Part shown: positions 36,544-45,911 of the stretch, piece after piece
Layout: each line of letters opens with the position of its first letter
How positions within the stretch are numbered: the stretch's first letter is position 1
Assembly (NCBI GenBank): GCA_031427995.1
Contig: JANPOM010000191.1
Location: forward strand, 1-61,571
Direction of reading: 5' to 3'
DNA length: 61,571 bases
Source: Anaeromyxobacter sp.
Lineage (GTDB): Bacteria > Myxococcota > Myxococcia > Myxococcales > Anaeromyxobacteraceae
The notes under the pieces: model-generated
Database searches by the model: none
Seen by the model: only the letters and a program-made list of their open reading frames with translations
What the model was told of the DNA's origin: nothing
Made by a program: the position numbers and the translations under genes

Positions 36544-37415
36544 GGCTTCGCCTCCTGGTCACTTTCGGGCGGGACTTCGAGCGGACCGTGGCGCATGTAG
36601 TGGAGGATCCCGGCCGCCAGCACCGCGAACATGGTGGCGACGCCGGCGGCGCGGGCCACTCCGCTGCGCCAGGCGTTGAGCAGCGGGCCCACCTTCGGAT
36701 TGGCCGGCAGGCCGTAGGCCTCGGGCCGGTCACCGTGCGGCAGCACGAAGACCACGTGGGTGCCCCCCACGCCCTTGGGGTCGTAGACCGCCGCCTTGGC
36801 GAAGCCGCGCTCGACCAGGTCGGCCAGCCGGTGCTCGGCCTGGAAGAGCATCGCCTCCTTGGAGCCGAAGCCGATGGCCTGGGTCGGGCAGGCCTTGACG
36901 CAGGCCGGCTCCAGCCCGACCGCGATCCGGTCGGAGCAGAGGGTGCACTTGTAGACCTTGGAGTCCTTCCCGGAGAGGCGGGGGACGTGGAACGGGCAGC
37001 CGGCGATGCAGTAGCCGCAGCCGATGCACTGGTCTTGCTGGAAGTCGACGATGCCGTTGGAGTACTGCACGATGGCGCCCGGAGCCGGGCAGGCCGTGAG
37101 GCAGCCCGGATCCTGGCAGTGCATGCAGCCGTCCTTGAGGATCAGCCACTGCAGGCGGCCGTCGATGACCTGCTCGTTGAAGCGCCTCAAGGTCCAGGAC
37201 TGGTCGGAGAGGTCCGGGGGGTTGGTGTAGAAGCCCTCCTGGACCCCCACCTCGTCGCGCAGGTCGTTCCACTCCATGCAGGCCGACTGGCAGGCCTTGC
37301 AGCCGATGCAGCGCGAAATGTCGATGAGCTTGGCCACCTCCAGGGTGGTGCGCGCCTGGGGCGGCGTCGAGGTCTTGGCCGACTGGTTGACGACGTCGAG
37401 TGACATGAGTGCCAT
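36540..37415 (-). CDS. fdnH: formate dehydrogenase iron-sulfur (beta) subunit
   Basis: Four ferredoxin-type Cys clusters (CIGCKACQSAC, CMHCQDPGC, CIGCGYCIAGC, CTLCSDR) plus a C-terminal TM anchor. Confidence 0.92.
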   Translation of the reverse strand: MALMSLDVVNQSAKTSTPPQARTTLEVAKLIDISRCIGCKACQSACMEWNDLRDEVGVQEGFYTNPPDLSDQSWTLRRFNEQVIDGRLQWLILKDGCMHCQDPGCLTACPAPGAIVQYSNGIVDFQQDQCIGCGYCIAGCPFHVPRLSGKDSKVYKCTLCSDRIAVGLEPACVKACPTQAIGFGSKEAMLFQAEHRLADLVERGFAKAAVYDPKGVGGTHVVFVLPHGDRPEAYGLPANPKVGPLLNAWRSGVARAAGVATMFAVLAAGILHYMRHGPLEVPPESDQEAKP

Positions 37416-37425
37416 GGCGCGCTCC

Positions 37426-40400
37426 TCAGGCCTTCAGGACGTCGACCAGGAACGCCTTGAACTCGGGCGTCTCGATGTTGGCGTCGCCGATGAACGGCGT
37501 CAGGGTGTTGGTCAGGTGGCCTGGCTTGGTGAGCCCCTCGAATCCCCAGTGGATGGGCAGGCCGACGGTGTGGACCTGCTGCCCCTCGATCTTCAGGGCA
37601 TGGATGCGCTTGGTGACCAGGGCCTTGACCTTGATGACTCCCCGCTTCGACTTGACGACCACCTGGTCACCGTTCTTGATGCCCCGCAGGCTGGCCAGTT
37701 CCTCGCCGATCTCCACGAAGGCCTCTGGTTGCAGCACCGCGGCGATGCGGGTGTGCTTGGTCCAGAAGTGGAAGTGCTCGGTGAGCCGGTAGGTGGTGGC
37801 CACGAAGGGGAACTCCTTGGCCAGGCCCAGCCGCTCCTTGTCTCCCTTGTAGAGCCGCACCGCGGGGTTGGAGAGGGTCTTCCCTCCGCCCTTGGGCGAG
37901 AACGGGTTCGAGTACAGCGGCGTCTCGAAGGGCTCGTAGTGCTCGGGGAACGGCCCCTCGGCCATGCCGCCGAGCGCGAAGAGCCGGCCCACCCCCTCGT
38001 TGGTCATGATGAAGGGCGACATGCCGTCTTCTGGCGGCGAGTCGACCTTGAAGTCGGGGACGTCGGGGCCGACCCACTTCTTGCCGTTCCAGGTGATGTA
38101 CTTGCGCTTCGGGTCCCAGGCCTTGCCGGCCGGATCGGCCGAGGCGCGGTTGTAGAGGATGCGGCGGTTGGCCGGCCAGGACCAGGCCCACCCTGGGGTG
38201 TTGCCGAGGCCGGTCGGATCGGAGGCGTCGCGCCTCGCCATCTGGTTGCCGTTCTGCGTCCAGCTGCCGGTGTAGATCCAGCAGCCGGCCGAGGTGGTGC
38301 CGTCGGCCTGCAGGTGGGCGAAGGTGGCGAGCTGTTCGCCCTCCTTGGCCAGGGTCTTGGTCTTGTCCTTGGGATCCGGGATGTCGGCCAGCGCCTTGCC
38401 ATTGACCTCGCGGGCCACCTCGTCTGGCGACGGCGCGAGCGGCTTGGCGTAGGGCCAGGGCAGCTTGACGATGGGGTCGGGGAAGGTGCCGCCCTCCTTC
38501 TTGTAGAGCTCGCGCAGGGCCAGGAAGATCCCGGCCATGACGTCGATGTCGGGGCGGGCCTCGCCGGGCGGCTCGGCCGCCTTCCAGTGCCACTGCAGCT
38601 GCCGGCCGCTGTTGGTGAGCGAGCCGTCCTCCTCGGCGAAGCAGGTGGCGGGGAGCCGGAAGACCTCGGTCTGGATGGCCTTGCTGTCTACGTCGTTGAA
38701 CTCGCCGTGGTTCTTCCAGAAGGTCGAGGTCTCGGTGACCAGCGGATCGATCACCACCAGGAACTTGAGCTTGGAGAGGGCGGGGATGAGCTTGCCCTTG
38801 TCCGGCACGGAAGCCAGCGGGTTGAAACCCTGGCAGAAGTAGCCGTTGACCTTCCCCCGGTACATCAGCTCGAAGGTGGCGAGGATGTCGTAGGTCTTGT
38901 CGTTCTTGGGCAGCCAGTCGAAGTGGAAGTCGTTCTCCTTGGTCGCCTCGGCCCCGAACCAGGCCTTGAGCAGCGAGACGAAGAACTTCGGGTAGTTCTG
39001 GAGGTAGTTCATCTGCCCGGGGCGCACCGCCTTGGGCGTCCGCTTCTCCAGGTAGGTCTTGAGGTCGGGCTCCTTCTCGGTGGGCAGGCCGAGGTAGCCG
39101 GGGAGCAGGTGGCTCATGACGCCGAGGTCGGTGAGCCCCTGGATGTTGGAGTGGCCGCGCAGCGCGTTTACGCCGCCGCCGGGCAGCCCCATGTTGCCTA
39201 GCAGCATCTGGATGATGGCGATGGCGCGGATGTTCTGGGAGCCGACGGTGTGCTGGGTCCAGCCGAGCGCATAGAGGCTGGTCATCACCTTGTTGGTCGC
39301 CGAGGTGGTGCCGATGAGCTTGGCGATGTCGAGGAACTCGGCGGCCGGTACGCCGGTGACCCGCTCCACCAGCTCCGGCGTGTAGCGGGCGTAGTGGCGC
39401 TTCATGGCCTGGTAGACGCAGCGCGGGTCCGCGAGCGTCGGGTCGATCTTGGCCTGGCCGTCCTTGTCGAGCTGGTACTTCCAGGTGGCCTTGTCGTAGC
39501 TGCGCTTGGCCTCGTCGTAGCCGGTGAAGAGCCCCTCGTCGAAGCCGTACCCCTCGTCGATGAGGAAGGCGGCGTTGGTGTAGCTGCGGACGTACTCCTT
39601 CTGGATGAGGTCGTTCTCCAGCAGGTAGCGGATCACGCCGCCGAGGAAGGCGATGTCGGTGCCGGGCCGGAGCTGGGCGAACTTGTCGGCCACCGCCGCG
39701 GTCCGCGTGAAGCGCGGGTCGACCACGATGAGCCGGGCCTTGTTCTTGATCTTGGCCTCGATCACCCACTTGAAGCCGCAGGGGTGGGCCTCGGCCGGGT
39801 TGCCTCCCATCACCAGCACCACGTCGGCGTTCTTGATGTCCACCCAGTGGTTCGTCATCGCGCCACGACCGAAGGAGGGGGCCAGACCGGCCACCGTGGG
39901 GCCGTGTCAAACCCTGGCTTGGTTGTCCAGCGCGGTCATCCCCATGGCGCGGATGACCTTGTTGGTGATGTAGCCCGACTCGTTGGAGGAGGCCGAGGCC
40001 GCCAGGAAGGCGACGCTGGTCCAGCGGTTGACGGTGACGTCGCCGCTCTTCTGCAGGAAATTCTTGTCGCGGTCGTCCTTCATGAGCCGGGCGATGCGCC
40101 CCAGCGCGAAGTCCCAGCTCACCCGCTTCCACTCGCTCTCGCCCGGCCCGCGGTACTCGGGGTACTTGAGCCGGTTGGGGCTCTTGACGAAGTCGAGCAG
40201 CGAGGCGCCCTTGGGACAGAGCGTGCCGCGGTTGACCGGGTGATCGGGATCGCCCTCGACGTGGATGATCTCGGTGCGGGCGTTCTTCGACTTGTCGCCA
40301 AGCCCGTGGAGGATGACGCCGCAGCCGACCGAGCAGTAGGGGCAGGTGTTGCGCGTCTCGGAGGTGCGGGCCAGCTTGAACTGCCTGACCTCCGCGAGCG

Positions 40401-40491
40401 CCCGGACCGGGGAGAAGCCGAGGGCGGCCAGGCTGCTGCCGGCCAAGCCTCCTGCGGCGACCTTCATGAACTGCCTGCGGGTGACGGCCAT
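37426..40491 (-). CDS. fdnG: formate dehydrogenase-N-type catalytic (alpha) subunit, selenocysteine-containing
   Basis: ORFs 39907..40626 and 37426..39894 are one frame joined by TGA at 39909..39907: ...[36 protein letters not shown]. Tat signal MAVTRRQFMKVAAG (ATG at 40491). 1021 codons. Confidence 0.92.
39865..39906 (-). promoter_or_regulatory. SECIS element of fdnG (bacterial type)
   Basis: Immediately 3' of the UGA is CACGGCCCCACGGUGGCCGGUCUGGCC..., with apical hairpin GGCC-GGUCU-GGCC (39880..39892 on the plus strand). This resembles the GGUC-loop SECIS of enterobacterial fdh genes. Confidence 0.55.
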
Positions 40492-40704
40492 GGGCAGGAC
40501 CTCCAAGGCGACAGGATGCCGCATGCTACGCAGGCCCGAGTCAAGTCCGATAGGGGGTGTCACCGACAATTTCGTGAGTCCGCTCGCGTCAAGCTGACGA
40601 CGCGGCGCGGCAGCGGACAGGACCACTCCGCCCGGCTAAGCTGCCGGCCGTCCCGCTCGAGTCACCCGACCGGCTGCACGCCCATCCCATCCCGGGAGCA
40701 TCCC

Positions 40705-41676
40705 ATGCGCCGCACCATCGCCGCCCTCGCCGTCGCCCTGCTCGCAGTGACACCCGCCGCCGCCTCCGCACAGGAGGTGGTCCGGCTCGGCAACCTCAAG
40801 TTCGCCCACTACGGCGCCATCTCCAACATGAAGGAGGTCTGCAAGAAGTATGGCCTCGACCTGCAGGAGACGGTCTTCCCGAAGGGCATCGACATCTTCC
40901 CGGCCCTCGTCAAGGGCGAGGTCGACATCGCCGCCTCGGCCGCCGACGCCGCCATCGCCAACCGCGCCGCCGGCGGGCAGGTCTACGTGGTGGCCGGCTT
41001 CGCCAAGGGCGGGGCCCGCATGGTCTCGCGCGCCGACCTGGCCTTGAAGACCACGGCCGAGCTGAAGGGGCGCAAGGTGGGCGTGGCCCGCGGCGGCGCG
41101 CAGGAGCTGCTGCTGCTGGCCGAGTTGGCCAAGGCCGGCCTGACCTGGTCGGACAAGGAGGGCAAGGACGTGCAGATCGTCTATCTGCCCTTCGCCGACC
41201 TGAACCAGGCGCTGCTGCAAAAGCAGCTCGACGCCATCTGCCAGTCCGAGCCGCAGTCGTCACAGGCCATCAACAAGGGGTTCGGCAAGGAGATGTACAA
41301 GCCCTACGGCACGCCGCTGGGCGAGCCGGTGCGCGTGCTGGTGATGACCGAGAGGCTCTACCGCGAGAAGCCGGCGGTGGCCCAGAAGGTGCTGGAGTGC
41401 TTCGTCGACTCCACCCGCGCCTTCATCCAGGACCCGGCGGCGGCCGAGAAGTTCGTGGTGGAGCAGATGTTCAAGGGGCAGATCACCGCCCAGGACTTCA
41501 GGGACGCCATCTCCAACTCGCCCTACAGCTATGACGTCACCGCCGAGCACATCCAGGTCACCACCGATCTGATGGTGAAGTACGGCGTCGGCAGGATGAC
41601 GGCGCCGCCCAAGGCGGCCGACTGGGTCAAGCTCGATCTCCTCCAGCAGGCCAAGGCCAAGCTGGGCGTCAAGTAG
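40705..41676 (+). CDS. ABC transporter substrate-binding protein (NitT/TauT, NMT1-like)
   Basis: Start MRRTIAALAVALLAVTPAAASAQE inside ORF 39250..41676. NMT1/SsuA-like body. Confidence 0.82.
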   Translation: MRRTIAALAVALLAVTPAAASAQEVVRLGNLKFAHYGAISNMKEVCKKYGLDLQETVFPKGIDIFPALVKGEVDIAASAADAAIANRAAGGQVYVVAGFAKGGARMVSRADLALKTTAELKGRKVGVARGGAQELLLLAELAKAGLTWSDKEGKDVQIVYLPFADLNQALLQKQLDAICQSEPQSSQAINKGFGKEMYKPYGTPLGEPVRVLVMTERLYREKPAVAQKVLECFVDSTRAFIQDPAAAEKFVVEQMFKGQITAQDFRDAISNSPYSYDVTAEHIQVTTDLMVKYGVGRMTAPPKAADWVKLDLLQQAKAKLGVK

Positions 41677-42498
41677 ATGGCGGCGAGCGGCGGCGCCCGG
41701 CTCTTCCGATCGCTGCTGGTCCCGGTCGCGCTGCTGCTGGCGTGGGAGGGGATCGCGCGCGCCGGCTGGGTGACGCCGCTCATCCTCCCCTCGCCGACGG
41801 CGGTGGCGGTCCGCTGGTGGGCCTACCTGACTCCCATGGAGCCGTTCGACGCCGCGGCCGGGCCGTGGTGGCGCTGGGCTCTCTCCGGCGAGCTGCCCCA
41901 CGACGTCTTCACCTCGGTGATGCGCATCGTGGTCGGCTTCGTCATCGGGGCCGGGCTGGCGCTGCCGCTCGGCCTCTTGATGGGCGCGCGCCCGGTGGTC
42001 TACGAGCTCTTCAACCCGGTGCTGCAGGTGCTGCGCCCAATCCCTCCCATCGCCTACATCCCGCTCGCCATCCTCTGGTTCGGCCTCGGCAACCCTCCCG
42101 CCTTCTTCCTCATCTCGCTGGGCGCCTTCTTCCCGGTGCTGATGAACACCATCGCCGGCGTGCGGGCCGTAGACGCCATCTACCTGCGGGCTGCCCGCAA
42201 CCTCGGCGCCGGCGAGTGGACGCTCTTCTGGCGCATCATGATCCCGGCCGCCATGCCCTACATCCTCACCGGCATCCGGGTCGGCATCGGCGTGGCCTTC
42301 ATCGTGGTGATCGTGGCCGAGATGATCGCCGTGAACACCGGCCTCGGCTACCGCATCCTCGAGGCCCGTGAGTACTTCTGGTCGGACAAGGTGATCGCCG
42401 GGATGTTCACGATCGGCCTCTGCGGCCTCGGCATCGACCTCGGCATGAGCCGGCTCAACGGCTGGCTGCTGCGCTGGCACCGCGGGGTGGAGGGGTGA
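41677..42498 (+). CDS. ABC transporter permease (NitT/TauT family)
   Basis: 273 aa, six TM segments. EAA-like loop AGVRAVDAIYLRAARNLGAGEWTLFWRIMIPAAMPYI. Confidence 0.9.
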   Translation: MAASGGARLFRSLLVPVALLLAWEGIARAGWVTPLILPSPTAVAVRWWAYLTPMEPFDAAAGPWWRWALSGELPHDVFTSVMRIVVGFVIGAGLALPLGLLMGARPVVYELFNPVLQVLRPIPPIAYIPLAILWFGLGNPPAFFLISLGAFFPVLMNTIAGVRAVDAIYLRAARNLGAGEWTLFWRIMIPAAMPYILTGIRVGIGVAFIVVIVAEMIAVNTGLGYRILEAREYFWSDKVIAGMFTIGLCGLGIDLGMSRLNGWLLRWHRGVEG

Positions 42499-43313
42499 GC
42501 GCGCCCCTCGACGGCGGCGGGATTTCGCAGGCCATCCGGGCCCGCGGCGTCCGCAAGGTCTTCAGCGCCGGGGGGCGGGAGGTGGTGGCGCTCGACGGCA
42601 TCGACCTCGACGTCGCCCCGGGAGAGTTCGTCTGCCTGCTCGGGCCTTCGGGCTGCGGCAAGTCGACGCTGCTCAACGCCATCGCCGGCTTCTCGCTCCC
42701 CACCTCCGGCGAGCTGACCGCGCTGGGGAGGCCGGTGACCGGCCCCGGCCCGGAGCGGGCCATGGTCTTCCAGGAGTACGCCCTCTTCCCCTGGATGACG
42801 GTGGAGCGGAACGTCGCCTTCGGGCTGGAGATCGCCGGGGCCCCGCCCGAGCGCCGGCGAGAGGTGGTCGCCGCCCTGCTGGCCAAGCTCGGCCTCGGAG
42901 ACTTCCGCGACCGCTACCCCAAGGACCTCTCCGGGGGCATGCGCCAGCGCGTCGCCATCGCCCGGGTGCTGGCCATCGACTCGCCCATGCTGCTGATGGA
43001 CGAGCCGTTCGGCGCCCTCGACGCCCTGACGCGCCGCTCGCTGCAGGACGAGCTGCTGCGCATCTGGGCCGAGCTGAAGAAGACCGTGGTCTTCGTCACC
43101 CACGGCATCGAGGAGTCGATCTACCTGGCCGACCGGGTGGTGGTGATGACCTACCGGCCCGGCACCGTGAAGCGGATCGTGCCGGTCGGCCTGCCGCGAC
43201 CGCGCGACCCGGCCAGCCCCGAGTTCAACGCGCTCAAGCGCGAGGTGACGGCGCTGGTGATGGAGGAGCAGGCCCGCCACCAGGCCGACGAGGCACACGC
43301 CACGGCGGAGTGA
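42495..43313 (+). CDS. ABC transporter ATP-binding protein (NitT/TauT family)
   Basis: Walker [10 protein letters not shown], signature LSGGMRQRVAIAR, Walker B LLMDEPFGALD. Confidence 0.92.
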   Translation: MSAPLDGGGISQAIRARGVRKVFSAGGREVVALDGIDLDVAPGEFVCLLGPSGCGKSTLLNAIAGFSLPTSGELTALGRPVTGPGPERAMVFQEYALFPWMTVERNVAFGLEIAGAPPERRREVVAALLAKLGLGDFRDRYPKDLSGGMRQRVAIARVLAIDSPMLLMDEPFGALDALTRRSLQDELLRIWAELKKTVVFVTHGIEESIYLADRVVVMTYRPGTVKRIVPVGLPRPRDPASPEFNALKREVTALVMEEQARHQADEAHATAE

Positions 43314-43314
43314 G

Positions 43315-43597
43315 GCGGCCGGTCACTGCGCCAGCCTACCGCGCTCCAGACCGCAAGAACGCGGACGTGGTCGGGGCCGACCACGCGGTAGTGCACGTGG
43401 CGGCGCATCTCGGGCATGAGCAGGCGGCGGTACTCCCAGCCGCCCACCGCCTCGTAGCCGCTGCCGAGGTGGGGGGCGCTGAGAATCTGGTCAAGCGCAG
43501 CGCGGAACTCGCTAGATCTTCGCCATGACTCCGGCCACTGGTCCTGTCCGCGTCGATTCCTCGGTGAGCCGTCCTCTTCGGAAGAGAGCCTGCCGAC
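43315..43597 (-). pseudogene. possible decayed ParE/RelE-family toxin remnant
   Basis: In the frame of ORF 43151..43846: ...FRAALDQILSAPHLGSGYEAVGGWEYRRLLMPEMRRHVHYRVVGPDHVRVLAVWSA. This follows the ParE C-terminal pattern (R-x-hydrophobic...Y-R-V...V-x-V-L-x-V-x-H/S). There is no clear start, and the frame runs on into the convergent ABC gene. Confidence 0.35.
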
Positions 43598-43835
43598 GGG
43601 GCCATGGCATTCCTTCGTTCGAGGCTCGAAGTAGTTCGTGCGCACGAACTCGACTTGACCCACCCCAGGTGGGATGCAGCGGCGCCACGATCGTTGGTCC
43701 GGCCGTTGGCTGGGCCGGGGTACTCCACCTGCGCCAGCGGCGTCCCCTCCAGCCAGACGTACTCGCGCACCTTCAACCAAGGGTCGGTTGTACCTATTTC
43801 TCTGTGGGTGCGGTGTGTTACCTTCGGGCCTGTCC

Positions 43836-44432
43836 ATGCCCTCCAAGGCTCTTCAACACTGGAAGACCCTTTCGAAGGTCGAACTGGACGAGTTCGCCAA
43901 CGCACACGCGGCCGTGGGCGGTCAGGGACGCGGGCGCCGGTACTTCACGCGGCAGCTCAACCACGGCTACCTCGTGGCCGTCGCCGCCCAGTTCCAGCGG
44001 TTCTGCCGCGACCTCCACACCGAGGCGGCGCAGCGCATTGCCGGCGCCGTGCCACAGCCCGACATCGGCAAGGCCCTGGCCCGCCTGCTCATCGAGAACC
44101 GGAAGCTCGACACCGGCAACGCCCATGACGGCTCGCTGGGGCCGGACTTCGACAGGTTCGGCCTCAGCTTCCTGGCCGAGGTGAACGCCGCCGATTCGGG
44201 CAACGCGGCGCGGCGCCGGAGGCTGGAGCAGCTCAACGTCTGGCGCAACGCCATCGTCCACCAGAATTTCGTGCTGAAGCCTCACCACGAGGCGCTCGTG
44301 AAGGGCACGAATCCCGATCACGTCAGCCATGTGCGCCTGTGGCGCAAGAACTGTGACGAACTGGTCGAGCAGTTCGACAAGGTCCTCCGCGCCTACGTTA
44401 CCCGGGTTGTTGCGGGACCACCTTGGGAGTAG
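43836..44432 (+). CDS. HEPN-domain protein (RiboL-PSP/MAE_28990-like, Rx4H motif)
   Basis: 198 aa from ATG 43836 (the ORF-track 5' extension is unlikely). C-terminal-half motif LNVWRNAIVHQ (R-x4-H), preceded by GNAHDGSLGPDFDRFGLSF. More A/T-ending codons than neighbouring genes and an AT-richer upstream region. Confidence 0.7.
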   Translation: MPSKALQHWKTLSKVELDEFANAHAAVGGQGRGRRYFTRQLNHGYLVAVAAQFQRFCRDLHTEAAQRIAGAVPQPDIGKALARLLIENRKLDTGNAHDGSLGPDFDRFGLSFLAEVNAADSGNAARRRRLEQLNVWRNAIVHQNFVLKPHHEALVKGTNPDHVSHVRLWRKNCDELVEQFDKVLRAYVTRVVAGPPWE

Positions 44433-44436
44433 ATTC

Positions 44437-44685
44437 ATGTCGATGACTCGCGCCGCACACAAGGTAACTGGCCCCACCAGGGTCAAGGTCGGTCAGCGCG
44501 TCGGGTTCTCCGTCAGCGGCCGGCTGCTCGCGGCCGAGGTCATCGAGGACCGGGGCGACCTGGGCGCGAGGGGCCAGCAGGTGGTCCGGCTGGCTGTCGA
44601 GGACCCGATAGTCCCGGGCGAGCACTTCGAGGTCGAGGTGCCGGTGGAGTGGCTGGCCGATCCGCCGGCCCGCGCCCGCCATTAG
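44437..44685 (+). CDS. hypothetical 82-aa protein coupled to the HEPN gene
   Basis: ATG 4 nt after the HEPN stop, with GGGAG 7 nt upstream. MSMTRAAHKVTGPTRVKVGQRVGFSVSGRLLAAEVIEDRGDLGARGQQVVRLAVEDPIVPGEHFEVEVPVEWL... Beta-rich, with no recognised domain. Confidence 0.55.
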   Translation: MSMTRAAHKVTGPTRVKVGQRVGFSVSGRLLAAEVIEDRGDLGARGQQVVRLAVEDPIVPGEHFEVEVPVEWLADPPARARH

Positions 44686-44814
44686 CTCTCCTCCGAATTT
44701 TTCTCGTCGCGCTAGGCCAGGAGCTCGGCGGGGTCCACCTCCTCGCCCTGATCGTGCTGCTTCGAGAACTGCTTGCGCTCCAGCTTCGCGCCCGGGTGCG
44801 TCGCCACCGCCAGG

Positions 44815-45024
44815 GGCGAAACCATCACCGACTGGAGGGGCGAGAAGAGGTCCGGCAAGACCCTGGCCCGGCCCGAGCTGGACCACCTCCGCGCCGATGC
44901 CCGCGCCGGGCACGTCCGGCGGCTTTACGTCTTCAAGCTCGACCGGCTGACCCGCTCCGGCATCCGCGACACCTTCGAGGTCATCGAGGAGCTGCACGCC
45001 CACGCCGCCGAACTGGTCTCGGTG
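44815..45024 (+). pseudogene. serine recombinase (resolvase/invertase) catalytic-domain remnant
   Basis: ...GEKRSGKTLARPELDHLRADARAGHVRRLYVFKLDRLTRSGIRDTFEVIEELHAHAAELVSV matches the SG..RP.L..LL...G..D.L.V..LDRL.R core. The N-terminal catalytic-Ser segment and everything after the core are missing. Confidence 0.55.
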
Positions 45025-45163
45025 CATCCGAGCGCGCTCCGCCCGCCGAGCACGGTCGTCCCACCCCCCTCTCGCCCCACCCCAGCCCCGGTCTCCTCCC
45101 GAAAACGACCGCTGACGCCGCCCCGCTTCCGCTTCCACGCCCGGCATGTCTAGACTTCGACGC

Positions 45164-45910
45164 ATGCCGATGGTGGCCCTCTTCGTCCCCTGCTACGTCG
45201 ACCAGTTCTACCCGCAGGTGGCCGAGGCGACCTTGCGCCTCCTCGAGCGCCACGGCTGCACCGTGGAGTTCCCCGAGGCCCAGACCTGCTGCGGCCAGCC
45301 CATGTCCAACTCCGGCGAGGCGGCGGCGGCGGCCCCGCTCTGTGCCCACTTCCTCGACACCTTCGAGCGTTACCAGTACGTGGTGGCGCCGAGCGGGAGC
45401 TGCGTGGGCATGGTGCGCAACCAATTCCCCGGCCTGGTCCCGAACCACCCGGCGCTCGGGAAGGTGCGAGCCGCCACCTACGAGCTCTGCGAGTTCCTCC
45501 ACGACGTCCTCGGGGTTCGCCAGGTGGCCGGGCGCTTCCCCCGCAAGGTCGGCCTGCACCGCAGCTGCCACGCCCAGCGCGAGCTGCGCCTCGCCAGCGG
45601 CAGCGAGCGCCAGGTGGCCCGGTTCGACAAGGTGAAGACCCTGCTCGGCTCGCTGCAGGGGATCACGCTGGTGGAGCCGGCCCGCACCGACGAGTGCTGT
45701 GGCTTCGGCGGCACCTTCGCGGTCGCCGAGGAGGCGGTCTCCTGCCTGATGGGGCGCGACCGGCTCGACCAGCACGCCGCCGCCGGCGCCGAGGTGATCA
45801 CCGGCGTCGACATGAGCTGCCTCATGCACCTGGAGGGGCTGGCCCGCCGCGAGGGGCGCCCGGTCAAGATCCTCCACGCCGCCGAGGTGCTGCTCGGGGA
45901 GGCGAGCTGA
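45164..45910 (+). CDS. lutA: L-lactate utilisation protein LutA ((Fe-S)-binding CCG-domain oxidoreductase)
   Basis: MPMVALFVPCYVDQFYPQVAEATLRLLERHGCTVEFPEAQTCCGQP. Second CCG motif ECCGFGGTF. An alternative start is at 45146. Confidence 0.85.
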   Translation: MPMVALFVPCYVDQFYPQVAEATLRLLERHGCTVEFPEAQTCCGQPMSNSGEAAAAAPLCAHFLDTFERYQYVVAPSGSCVGMVRNQFPGLVPNHPALGKVRAATYELCEFLHDVLGVRQVAGRFPRKVGLHRSCHAQRELRLASGSERQVARFDKVKTLLGSLQGITLVEPARTDECCGFGGTFAVAEEAVSCLMGRDRLDQHAAAGAEVITGVDMSCLMHLEGLARREGRPVKILHAAEVLLGEAS

Positions 45911-45911
45911 G

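Noticed and set aside
37667-40132. 821-aa ORF overlapping fdnG in another frame
   Set aside because: Composition is dominated by Arg/Pro/Gly/His with no recognisable domain. The overlapping frame encodes an unmistakable FdnG.
40492-40704. fdnG 5' leader / divergent intergenic region examined for a Moco/Wco riboswitch or clear sigma70 promoter
   Set aside because: I could not recognise the conserved Moco riboswitch core or a convincing -35/-10 pair by eye. A covariance-model scan is needed before any claim.
44686-44800. 37-aa minus-strand ORF (MVSPLAVATHPGAKLERKQFSKQHDQGEEVDPAELLA) antisense to the recombinase remnant
   Set aside because: It is short, has no recognisable family, and overlaps a region with a better-supported (though decayed) plus-strand reading frame. 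GC3 bias alone is not discriminating here.
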